This document shows positions 48,257-60,000 of a DNA stretch of 64,000 nucleotides, piece by piece. The first letter of the stretch is position 1, and each line of letters begins with the position of its first letter. This DNA comes from Oculina patagonica. Its lineage: Eukaryota. The notes under the pieces were generated by a model. It was not told the DNA's origin. It searched no databases and saw nothing but the letters and a program-made list of their open reading frames with translations. The translations under genes and the position numbers were made by a program. The DNA is taken from the NCBI RefSeq assembly GCF_052425735.1, contig NC_135759.1:28024001-28088000 (forward strand), written 5' to 3'.

Positions 48257-49552
48257 CTATCCATTGAGTTCTTTCCGGGCAATGTTAATGATAATACGGT
48301 CATTGACCTTTTGTTTGTGTTGCTGAGCATCTCTGAGTGGTTTAACAGCGTCGGACGCTTTGTCGTTTACTTTTTCGGTCTCTCCACAACCTGTAAAACA
48401 AATAAGACTTTTATTGTTTAGGCAATATTTATGATAATACGGTCACTGTTCCTTTGTTTTTGTCGATGGTTATGAGAGTCCATGCATTTGATTTGAATTG
48501 TTTTTTTTTTCCATTAGTACAACCTACCATAAGCTTCTACGATAAGTAACCACTTAGTCTGCGTTTTAGCTTAGGTTGGAGGTGGGAGCTTATCCCGTTT
48601 TTCGATTCCCCCCCCCCCCCCCTCCGGATCGGATGTTAATTTATCTCAGAGTCATATCCAGTATATTGGATGAAGAATACAGCACAATGGCCCAGGCAGG
48701 CACAAACCTGGACCGCTATATCCGGAGTCCAGCGTCGCCGTTTGCCTCTCTTTTGAGCAAAGATTTTTTCTTGTTAAATAGACACATACAAAATATGAGA
48801 AACTGATTAAAATTGGCATGCTTGTTGCACGAGTCCACTGTTGGTCAAAATAACTAAATTTCGTCTGCTGAGTAAAAGGTATACATCCACAGCATTCTTC
48901 GATATTTAACCACTTCACAAAACGTCAACTTTAAACATTGCGCGATCTAAAACAAAAAGCCTTAAACCAAGAACAACCAGAGTTTTAATAGTGTTCTTAA
49001 TAGTGGGTAGTGGTTTGCCAGTTTCAACTTACAGCACCATCCTTGTTGACCGCATGGATATCCACCCTGCTGCGGCCCTGTCTGACTATTGTCATTAAAC
49101 CTCTCCTTCCAGTTCCAACCATATGCATTTTGCTGTAGGTCGCCATCATACCTGTCCTGTACCCAAGCCCACTCATCTCCAACGTCGTATGGTGGCCCTT
49201 CTGCTGGAAAGTGAGGAGGCACTTGCGGACCGACTAATGGATCATTCCATTGAATCTGTGTCTCCAAAAATCCATCTGGGCAACCGGCGCCTGGTGAAAG
49301 CCCACAGAAGCAACGTCTTGATCGCTTACGACTGGCTGGTTTGGTTAGATGTTCGTCTAGCCTGTTGTGGAAGTGTTGATTGTTGTGGCCGGCTTCAATT
49401 GGCCTCGCCTCATATCTCTTGAAAGCGTGCTCACCAATTTCGAGTCTTCTTTTGATTTCCTGTGAACTTTGTTTCAAAGGATTGATGTTCTTTCCTTTAA
49501 TTCCAAAAGCAAGGGGGAAAAGGATAAACAATTGAAGCAGTAACCTGTCCAT
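48257..49552 (-). CDS. Secreted precursor, RR-CF...WCC family (cluster gene 10, 217 aa)
   Basis: Exon 49552-49033 (signal MDRLLLQLFILFPLAFG; RKRSRR-CFCG; ends QQGWC-T/GTAAGT) and exon 48390-48257 (C-CGETEKV...NG*). Confidence 0.85.
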
Positions 49553-50442
49553 AATTTATTCCTGTATTGAGTAGATCCGTTTTCACCTCAAAGACTTGTA
49601 TCGCCACATGAAATGGGAGGTGCAAATTACGCAAAGCATTGTCACGAGGTAGCTAAAGTGTTACGCTCTACATGTTTTAGACTTACATTTAGGTAATTTC
49701 GACATGTACAACTTATTTTTAGGATAATATAACAAAAGGAGGACGGAATATTCTTACAGCTTTATTTTGTATTTGGATGTAGTTTATAATGAACAATAAT
49801 AATTATGACAAAGATTTGATGACTGATGAGCTGATCTATGTCTCTTTCTGGTATTTTGGACATTTTCTCCGCCCTCGTGCTGCCTAGTTTAATAATTGTG
49901 ATGAAAACACCAGACGAGAATAAGGCGAGAACTGAAACTTGGCCATTTTTAGCGGAAGCTTTGTCCGTCTCAGGTTTCTATTCCTTAGAAAAGAATGATT
50001 GAGTAAAGGTTATGTGTATTAATCAATTCTTTTAATTTCACTGACTCTTTAGAAAGAAATCAGTCTTCTAGAGCTGTTTGCGTCTGCGTAGGAAACAATG
50101 ACAGTGATGGTATCATGAGCCACTCTCTAATTCCTGAAGTGATCGTCTGATCCTACTTTATAATAAAACATTTTGGTCTAACGATAAAAAGTTTAGGAGA
50201 TATAAGTAACACGTGGAGTGACGCGGTTAATAAACATTTTAAACTTTATTGAGAGTTTCTGCATTAGGTGCAGATATATACAAATTAACGAAGCAGAAAA
50301 CGGCAATAGACAGTTTCTCGATTATTTTAAATCTTTAATCACCAGCGATGTATTTGCTTGTTCAGTGTTTTCTTTTCACATCTTTTCTATACTTGGCTTT
50401 TTGCTTGAGAAGTTTGCATTATAGACATTATCACGATATAGC

Positions 50443-51602
50443 TCAACGGAGAATATTTCGTCGAATCGTCAGTGGAGATGGGATATTTCTTCTCATTCTT
50501 CCGTCTCCTGTTGTAATGGAAAAAGATACATAACTGAGTCGCTTACATTGCTTAAGCAGTTTTATGTCTCGAAAAAGCTAAAAATCAGTTATTTTACTTC
50601 TTTAACCTGGAAACTATTGTCGCTTTCCCTAATATTGCTGACCCTTTTGAAATGAACAAAATCAGGCCAATACAAGCTAGACACCCAAATTAGTAAACAG
50701 CTAGGAACTGGAACACATCTTAACATGTAGTACCAGGGAGAGCCTCAAAATAGCAGTATTAAGTTTTAAATGTAAAATTTCGAAAACAAAGCCCTTTTCT
50801 TTATAAAATCCTTGATAGCAACCTGCTTCAATAATCGTGCTTAAAAATTATAATTCCTTTATCATATCAATTATCGAAACAAATTAATTCTCCAATTTTA
50901 TAATAAAGAAAAAATAATTGATATTTTTTTCAATTTTCAAATAAATTGTTTCCAATAGCTTTAAGAAAACAACAATTTTTTAAACTTACTCAGCCAAACG
51001 TGCTGAATATGCCCGTCGTTAAACAGACGCGGTGAACGTCGACCATAACCATTATGATGCATGAACCCGCCGCCATGAAATTTACATCCGCATCCTCCAC
51101 AACCACAGCAGCAACCTCCACCGCATCCATACTCCCCACAGCCGCACCCAGCGGCATCCAATTCATCAGCAGCGCCAACACCTCCAAAATCTCCATTACT
51201 GCCGCAATTACCACATCCACATCCACATCCACCACAACCACCAGAGTTTGAATTACCAACGTAGTCCCACGGAGACAGCCAGCCGGGAGGACATACCTGA
51301 GGATGGGAACGTTTTTTGGAATTATTTTCTCTATTTCCTTTTCTGTGGCTTTCGTTTTGATCGTCGTTACTTTCTTTCTCTTCGAATTCGCCATTTTTAG
51401 CAACATTATGAAGGTTTTCTTTATCGTGTTCAGATTTCAATGGATCCGTCTCGTCTTCGCTAACATCTTCGTGAATGCTTCGTACTGTGGATTCCATTTC
51501 TCCTTCGTAAATTGGCAGATCTATGTTTTCGCGGCCATGAGAAATCGTCATTTGGACAGAGAAAAAAATTACTAACACAGCATTTAGTGTAAAAACTTTC
51601 AT
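50443..51602 (-). CDS. Secreted Gly/Cys-rich precursor (cluster gene 11, ~225 aa)
   Basis: Exon 51602-50990 (signal MKVFTLNAVLVIFFSVQMTISHG; acidic pro-region; KKR; GCGGCGCGCG and GCCCGCGGCGC; phase-1 donor GTAAGT) and a probable last exon 50507-50443. Confidence 0.78.
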
Positions 51603-53771
51603 TTTGATAGAAAATGGCTCCTGACTTCTCCACTTCAAATAAATGTATTCGAAAATAAAACTCTCAAAAAGCAGGTGCCACTTTCATGCAGTAAGAATAT
51701 CCTCTATTGACCTCCCATTATGAAGGAGACAGATTTTGGTGATGTCACTGAGGCATGAAAAGTATCAAGGAAAACGTCTTTCTTCAATAAACCAAAACAA
51801 TTATAGCTGGTCTCCAACTCAAACTAATATTTTTGTCCTTCATAGAAAATAACAACCACTTTCTGAAGAATTTAAAGAAAATAAATCAAGTTTATCCATT
51901 TTGATAAAATCATGGGTGTGGTTTGCTTTCTGGTACCATTGCGATGCTATTGTTAAATTATAATAAGTTACCCGAGGCCGAAAGCCAATAGCCATAATAT
52001 AATTTTCGTACTTGAAACTGTGATGTCTCCAGTTCGAAAAACTTACATCGGATTTGTAAATTCTACAAGAACGAGCGCGTCTTATATCAAAAGATAAATA
52101 TGTCATATTGCGAGTTTATTTATCCGGTTCTGAAGACTTTTCGGGCTTGACAATAGCACAGTCTTTTCACTTAATATAGCCGAGATTAGCAAACGCCAAG
52201 AAATCTACTATCAGGAACAAATAGCTGAAAATTTGTATTTTTGAATCACGAGTTACTCAAGTATAATTCTCATTTTATTTTTACTGCACTGGATTCGATG
52301 CGCAAAAGTATCAGATGTACAACAAAGGACGGTTGATCAAACAAAAAAGGATCATTTCTTCGTACTGCCTATAAATTCAATTCACGGGATCTGCAAATAG
52401 GACATCGTATCTACTGCTTTAAAATATACTGTTATCGTATTATACACAGAAGTGTCTACTGAAACATGAAACAGTGCAAATACCCTTACGTCCTCCGGTT
52501 ATAAGCTATTGGCTTAATGTGTTGGTTTACTTACAGGAAAAGGGCTTCTATTTTTCGTGAGGGGTGGGGGTATAAATGCTATCAGAAAAGCCTTAGATGT
52601 GTACTGAGGAATAATAAAGATACGCAAGATACCTTGCCATTTTCCGTCTTTGATTTTACTTTGACATGAAATCGATCATTTCAGTCACTACATTTCGAAC
52701 AGTAACAAACTTCTAACTTGCAGTTAAAGATAAATCGAATATCCGGTGCATGTGATTTCTAGTAAATATTGTTCACTAGCCCAAAACAACTATACTCTAC
52801 TTGCATTATTTTTCCCACCAATTTATTAATGCAATTTATCGACAACTTTGTGTAAGGACATAAGGACAAGTGGGGCTCTTAGGCCATGGGGCTTGCAACC
52901 GAAATTATTTTTTGTAAGCTAAGCGGAAAGGTTCGAGAAAGGTGGGTTAACTGAATATCGGTTAAATGCGGGTGTTGGGGGGAAGATACAGAAAATATTT
53001 TATACGTACTAAGTAGGGTATGACGTCAGTCAAAGTAAAATAAGGGCTTGTTTAAGCCACCAAAATAGAAAAGCTTTCCATAAACAATATAACACCTTTT
53101 TGATAAGAAGACTAAATTCTCACTTGTTGAACAGTTTTAGCTAAATCAAGTTTATAAAGGATATATTAAAAAAATTGTTATTTTATTATAGGAACCTTCA
53201 AGTCGTGACTGAATCCTTCATGTGTGACATATATTTACAAAAAAGTTTCAATTATGCTCTAAGAAACATTTTCTCTGCTTGATTGGCCAATGGAAAGTGA
53301 AGACGCGTGTTCACCTTTTTGTTTTCGACATTATAGTCTTTGAGCTCAGAACAAGATGTATCGATAAAGACTTATCAATTTAAAACCATCCTGTACGTTT
53401 GGTAACTTGACCTGTTTCAAAAGTAATCGTTCGACGATCAAGTGGAATATTTCCTTTACTGAGAGCTTGTACGCAAATTATTTATCCCTTTATGCAATCA
53501 TCGTACAGGACAACAGGAAAGTGGCTTCAGTTATTTTCATACAATTCATCTTTATTTATCAAACCACGATTCTATTAATTTACATTACAGACTGGTTAAA
53601 CAGCTCGGTTATCAAGCTGAGAGAAATATATTAACACACCTGCATGGTTTTTGAATATGGATACATAGTGCTTTTATAATTGCCTTTAATTTTCGTGAGG
53701 TCGAACGCCTATGTATTCTTGTTCTGCTAAATTGAAGTCTTTTTTACAAACCTTTATACCTTTTTTTACAA

Positions 53772-55656
53772 TTAATGAATTTTTGACAGTGGCTGATGCA
53801 CTTTTGGAGATGCTTGAGGAAAAAGAGGTTTATCCTTTTGAACTTTATCTGGTTTTTGCTGTGGGAGGTCATCTTCTTTACCTTCAGCATCTTTACCGTT
53901 CTTCTTACAACCTGGTGAGAACCAAAACGCAACAATCAACAAAGAAGTAGGAACTTCGTATAGTAGCCTTCGTTTTATACTGAAGGGAAGGGTGGCGAGG
54001 GTTAACGTGAACGTATCGTTTTGTTTGGGAGTGCTCTGGATAATTCCCACTAATTTCCCTTCGCAGATCTAGTATCTATTTTCTCCACATCATCTCAGAC
54101 CAGGTGTTAAATTTGTTACACATCTAAGACCGGAAATAAATTGACATTCCAAATGCGACTAACTGAAAATATTTTAAATCTCAGGTTAAGAGAAGGAAAG
54201 TAAGTCCCCATCTCAGCCATCCTGCCCTATCCAGCAGTGAATACCCGAAAGGAAATTTGATCGTCCCCCCCTTCCGCTAGGTTCGTTGTCCTTCTCAAAG
54301 GAAACACGCTGCATGCTAGAACAGCGCGGTAGCAAACATTTCTTGTGCGATTTTGTATTTAATACCAAATAGAAACAAATAGCACAAAATTGCAAAGTTT
54401 GAAAACAACAGAAAACAGTGACAGAAAAAGCCTTCCATAGCTTCCAAAATTGTTCCGCCAGTTCTTTTTTTTTTTTTACAATGGATTTTAAATTTAAAAA
54501 TATTGAATTGTTTTTGTTTGTTTGTTTGTTGTTTGCTTGCTTGCTTGTGTGTCTATGTCTCACTTTTTTTTGTCCCTTTTGATAGTTGCCACGCCGCTTG
54601 CCGTATAATTATCAAAATTTATTCCAAATAATAATTATTTTGGACCCAGACTAATGATTGTTAGTGCTAAAGCTACCGGGTTTTGTGTTTGCATGCTTGT
54701 ATTGTGGAAGAATTTAATTATCTTATGCCTAAGTATTAAAACACGTTACTTACAGCACATCATAACAGGCGGGTATCCACAGCCCCCTCCGCAACCACAT
54801 CCACCACACCCACCACACCCACCACACCACCACATCCACCACATCCACCACATCCACCGCATCCACCAAATCCGCCAAATCCACCAAATCCACCTCCGTA
54901 TACGGGATGTCCTACTCCGTACCCACCATAACCACCCAAGCCATAAGGTGGTACCATACCACCGAAGCCTCCACATCCTAGGCCAGGCCAGCCACCACCG
55001 AAGCCACCACATGGTACGGTGTAAGGTCCACTGCAGCCGATCACCTCAAATGAGTGCGCAGGTCCGCAAGGAAATGGGCACATACATCTTCTCCTGACCT
55101 TTTTCATGCGGTTGACAGGAGGTTCAAGTGGCGTTATCTCGATATTTCCAGGCGGACTTGCAAAATCCAATGAAAATGGGTCTTGCTTTACCTTTACCTC
55201 TTTCTGGGATGGGTTCTGCGAGCCCGGGGGTTGCAATGCAGTTATAGTGAAAGGTCCTTGGATTCCCATTGCATTTTGCATCTGTAGTTCTTCCGTGTCG
55301 GAATCAGATTTCTTTTTACTTTTCGATCGGTCACGTTTTGGCGAAGACTTCTCCTCTTTTGTCTCACTATCATCTTCATCTTCGTCTTCTAAGTCATCAC
55401 CACTAGAATCCTTAATCTTTTCCTCATCTTCGAGTTCCATGTACACGTCTCTCTTTTGTCTCGTTCGCGGCTCCTCCGTGGTACTTCCATCTTCTTCGTC
55501 TTCATCATCAGTTTCACCAGAATTTTCTAACTCATCGTCAACATCAGGTTTATCTCCGTGCCTGGAAGTTGGGTCGCCTTCGTCTTCTTTGACTGGCTTA
55601 GCTGGTGTCAAAACGAACGCAAACAATAGGACAATTAACACAAAAACGGCCCTCAT
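53772..55656 (-). CDS. Secreted Gly/Cys/Tyr/Phe-rich precursor (cluster gene 12, ~347 aa if one frameshift is corrected)
   Basis: Exon 55656-54754 (signal MRAVFVLIVLLFAFVLTPA; very acidic pro-region; VRRR-CMCP; GGFGG, GGYGG and (CGG)n; ends VMMC-T/GTAAGT), with one base missing at ~54826 in the GGATGTGGT repeat; exon 53911-53772 (C-CKKNGKD...IH*). Confidence 0.8.
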
Positions 55657-55946
55657 GTTTTGTTTTTCTTTGCTTGAGGAGTCAAAATTGTTCTTTTGCC
55701 TAATGTTTTTGCATCCGTGAGTCACAGTTTCCGAGAGAACGTAATGTTACGTCATTGTTTCCCTGTTCAAGTGGCGTAAAAGGTCACCTGTAGAATTGTA
55801 TCAAGCACTCAAATAAGACCTGTTAGCCTTGCTTCTAAAAGATCGAAGATCTTCTTAATATTTTCGTAAACAAAAGCGTATTGTAGGCGCCCACTGAGGT
55901 GACAATGAACAACTACAGAAGTGTGGAATGAACCACTTGATCGTAA

Positions 55947-56090
55947 NNNNNNNNNNNNNNNNNNNNNNNNNNNNNNNNNNNNNNNNNNNNNNNNNNNNNN
56001 NNNNNNNNNNNNNNNNNNNNNNNNNNNNNNNNNNNNNNNNNNNNNNNNNNNNNNNNNNNNNNNNNNNNNNNNNNNNNNNNNNNNNNNNNN
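55947..56090. other. Assembly gap
   Basis: Run of N. Confidence 1.
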
Positions 56091-57009
56091 CTGAATTGAA
56101 TGAATTCTTATTTGACTGAATTGAGTCATTACCTTTTTGTTTCAATTCGTTCTAAGTTTAAAAAAATAGGTCGCATTCAAAAACAATAACGCAAATGAAA
56201 ACTATAAAGCCTATTTCGTTATTTGCGTGGATATTGAATTCAATCGCGTTTCTTGTAAGCCATTGAACCAAAAGTAAAACATTCTCTCCAGTTGTTAGCT
56301 TCTGTAATGAAATATTGCTTGTTGCGGAAAAACTTCTTATACGCTTCAAAGCAGGAGAGGCAACGGTTGGGTAGCTTACAAAGGGTGCATTCTCATAGAC
56401 AAAGCGTAGGACTACTGAGTCCTAAACACTCATATGGCTGTCATAAACTTCCGTTTAGTTTTCAGTTTCATTTGCTACTTTATTTCCTCTTTTATTAAAT
56501 TAACCTTTTTGTCTATATGGCTGCGTTGTGTGAATCATTTATTTCAAGGTTGCGCGAATGAAAGACCTAACAAGAATTGCTGGTTACTGACAAATTGTCA
56601 ACATGGTGGTAGAAACGGTTGGGTGAATTTGAAATCTCTTTTTACCAATATTTTTTCTTTTCGTATTGAAAATGCACAAACAAAACCTATAAAACATCTT
56701 TCCCTTACATTAAAGTGTTTTTAAGAGGAAGTTTTTAACAGAAGCCATAACAAATCAATAATTTATTGCCAATAAATCAGAAATTCTTTTAGTAAACAAG
56801 ACAGGCTGCCTTATGAACCTGCACAGGCACAAATTGACCAATAGCAGAGGCGCTAATTTTTTATTGAACAAGTGAGGCCTAATGCCACGTTAAGTTGGTT
56901 ATTCTACGCTTACCAACAAAATCCTAAAAACCGAAGGGTTTTGAAGTAGCTTCTTCATCGAGGCCTTCAATTTCAAATTGGAAGCCTCTAGAAGAAGTCT
57001 TCAGCTACA

Positions 57010-60000
57010 ATGGCGAAGGTATCATCAAAGATATTGATATTTCTCGGATTCCTTTGCGTTTACATATACGGATCAAAAGGTAGACCATACAATCTCGACG
57101 ATGTAACTGCAGCGGAAGATCAAAACAAATTTGAAGAAAGCGATCTGTTGAAAAGATCAAAGACTGGCAGTGGCGGGCAAGACAAAGGTATGGAATTCAT
57201 TCGACACTAATTCGGATAAATTGAAAAAATACTACATCGTTCACGGTTTGTTTGTCGCCTTATGAGTCTCACCTGCAAGTAATGTCTTTAATTAAGAAAC
57301 GATATAGGTCAAGAAATTGATGGCTGATATTGCTATTATATATAAAACTAGTTGTAGGTTAAATTTCCCATTATGATATATATTTTGTCAAAATTGAACC
57401 ATCTTTCATTGTTTTCGGTCAACAAAATACACTAAGGCCATTGCTTTAATTACATTCTGGAATTATTTGTGAGGTTTCTCTAGTCTGATTTTAGATGCAT
57501 CTCTCCGACAAAGCTAAAGGAATTGCTTGTTCTTTTTCATAGCAAACATAAATGATCTACTAAGACACTGATAAAAATTTGAAATGAAATTTGTCATGGC
57601 GGTAATAAAAAGAGGAGTAAAAAATACGGTTGTGTGTTTTTAGAAGCAAACCCACATAATTCAGTAGTTTTCGTGCAAAATAGATGAGATTAACTAACGA
57701 TCGATCGATATTTTTTTACGTTTAGATAAATGTTAGCAAAACCAAAACTCGGTCTAAAACGCACTATTATATTTTGATATAACTAAGGACAAGAAAAAAG
57801 ACAATCTGCGAACTGCATTGAACACAATAGCCACCTGCAATAGGTGTCTTACAATTAGCGATCAGGTTCAAAGGAGAGGGTGGCTGTTTTCAAGAAGTCA
57901 GGTTAGCTTAAACTGGTTCAATGATTTTTCGTTGGATGTTTTTGTTCGTCTAAATTACATCAGTCGCAAACTTCGCAAACCTAAGCGAAGGAAAATAAAC
58001 TAAAAATACTGACAACATAAACATATTTATAGAGCATATTTCCACCTTTCAAAATTAAGTGTCAAAACTAGTTTTTATTTAAACAGTCGATGAGATGACG
58101 TTTCCAACGTCTTATCAGAAACCACCGTAAGACCTTAATTCTCCTATTTTAAACTGCTTTTCTCAATTAATTAATTATGCCCCTATGTGTATATCAAATA
58201 AACACTGCCAGTGTTTGAAGATAATATTAAAAGTAGCACTCTTCTTATTTTCAGGCCACAAAGAATATAAGGGAAACAAAAAGCAAGTCATAGATGCCCT
58301 CCATCTTGGTCCCTACCACCACGGGCATCCATGGGGCACTATATCACAGTGGCCGGGTTTTCACTGGGGCGGCCACCCATCGCGTCACGGAGGGTGGACC
58401 GGTTATCCATCACTTGGAGGATGGCACAAATCTCACATTTCCAAAAAGAACTCTAAAAAATCTGCGCACAAAGCAGCTTTGAAGCGTCATATGCTTCCCA
58501 CGTTTGCCTTCCCGACTTATGGATTCGCCTACCCCTCCTTAGGGTTTGCTGCCGTGCCATTCACTCCCTCACCTGTTCCCTGGGGTTACGCAGCATACCG
58601 TTCCAAAGTTCCTGCAAAGTCAACAAAAGGACAAACCAGGTCTTCAGTGAAGGGCTCTGAGGCGAGCAAGAGATGGTGGCCTGGATATATGGGGGGATGG
58701 GGTGGTTGGGGATTAGGAAATGGAGGATATCCCGGATGGGGTCCTTTAGGCGACTGGGGACATGGTTACGATTTTGGTGGCTTTGGTCACGGATGGGGCA
58801 TAGGTGTTGGTAATAGCTTTCATCCTTTTTTGAGAGCTGAAATTCCTGGAAAACTAAGCAAGAAAGATAAGGCCCAGAAGCGTTGGTGGCCTGGTTACAT
58901 GGGTGGATGGGGAGGTTGGGGCTTAGGAAACGGTGGTTATCCTGGATGGGGACCTTTAGGTGATTTCGGGGGCCACGGATGGGGTGGATACGGTTACGGG
59001 CACGGACTCGGATTAGGTTATGGTTACGGGCATGGATTTGGATATGGATATGGACACGGCCACGGTTTCCGCTCCAATGTTCCTGGTACCGAAGACGGAG
59101 AGGAAGAAGGCCCAAAACGAGGATTTATAAACCAACCATTCGGAGGTGTTGGCAACCCATGGTATGACTACGCGCCATTTGCAGACTATGACTATCCTTT
59201 CTTTGGCCACAGCCAATACATTCCTTATCCAGAAGCACTGTACGGGGATTTCTTGCCATTTTATGGGTTAAGTCCGTACGCAGCAGGTCCTTTTGGATAC
59301 GGGTTCAATGGAATCAACGGTTTTCATGGAGGACATGGCTTTTTTAAATCAAAAATCCCCACAGGCAAATCTAAGAAAACACAAAAAAACAAAGAAGAAG
59401 GAGCCACCAGCCGGCACTTTGTTCACAATTTTCATCCTGGTCGAATGGGCTGGGGAGGAGCCATATACCCCGGTCACGGGTACCACGGTGTCTTTCCTTT
59501 GTTAGGCGCTCACACTTACGGCCTTTATGGTGCAGGTTTTTACGGTCCTTATGGACCTCCGCACGGGGCATTTGGTCCGTACCATAGGTCAGACGTCCCC
59601 GAACATGAAGAAGAAAGCACCCAGAGTAGACAAGTGATAAACTATAATCCTGGTTGCTGTGGATGGGGTGGATGTAATTATCCTGGTTGTGGCTATATCG
59701 GTGGGTGGACCTGGCCCTTACCATGCCATTTCCACCACTGCGGTTGTTGCCCATGCTGGACACGTTCCAAAGCCCCCAAAAAGCAAGAACTGAAAGAGGA
59801 GAAAGGAAAGTCTAGACAAGAAATTGAAAGTCCGGGAGAGGGCGAAAGCAACGAGGGCAAATCAGAGGACCCGAGAACACGTCCTCACCTTGAGGGTGCC
59901 GACTTGTTGCAATCAGAGATGCAGAATCTGGCCATGGGGTTTCCTGGGATTGAAAAACTGCACACGCCTATGGGTCTGACGAACCCTGAAGGTCAAGAAT

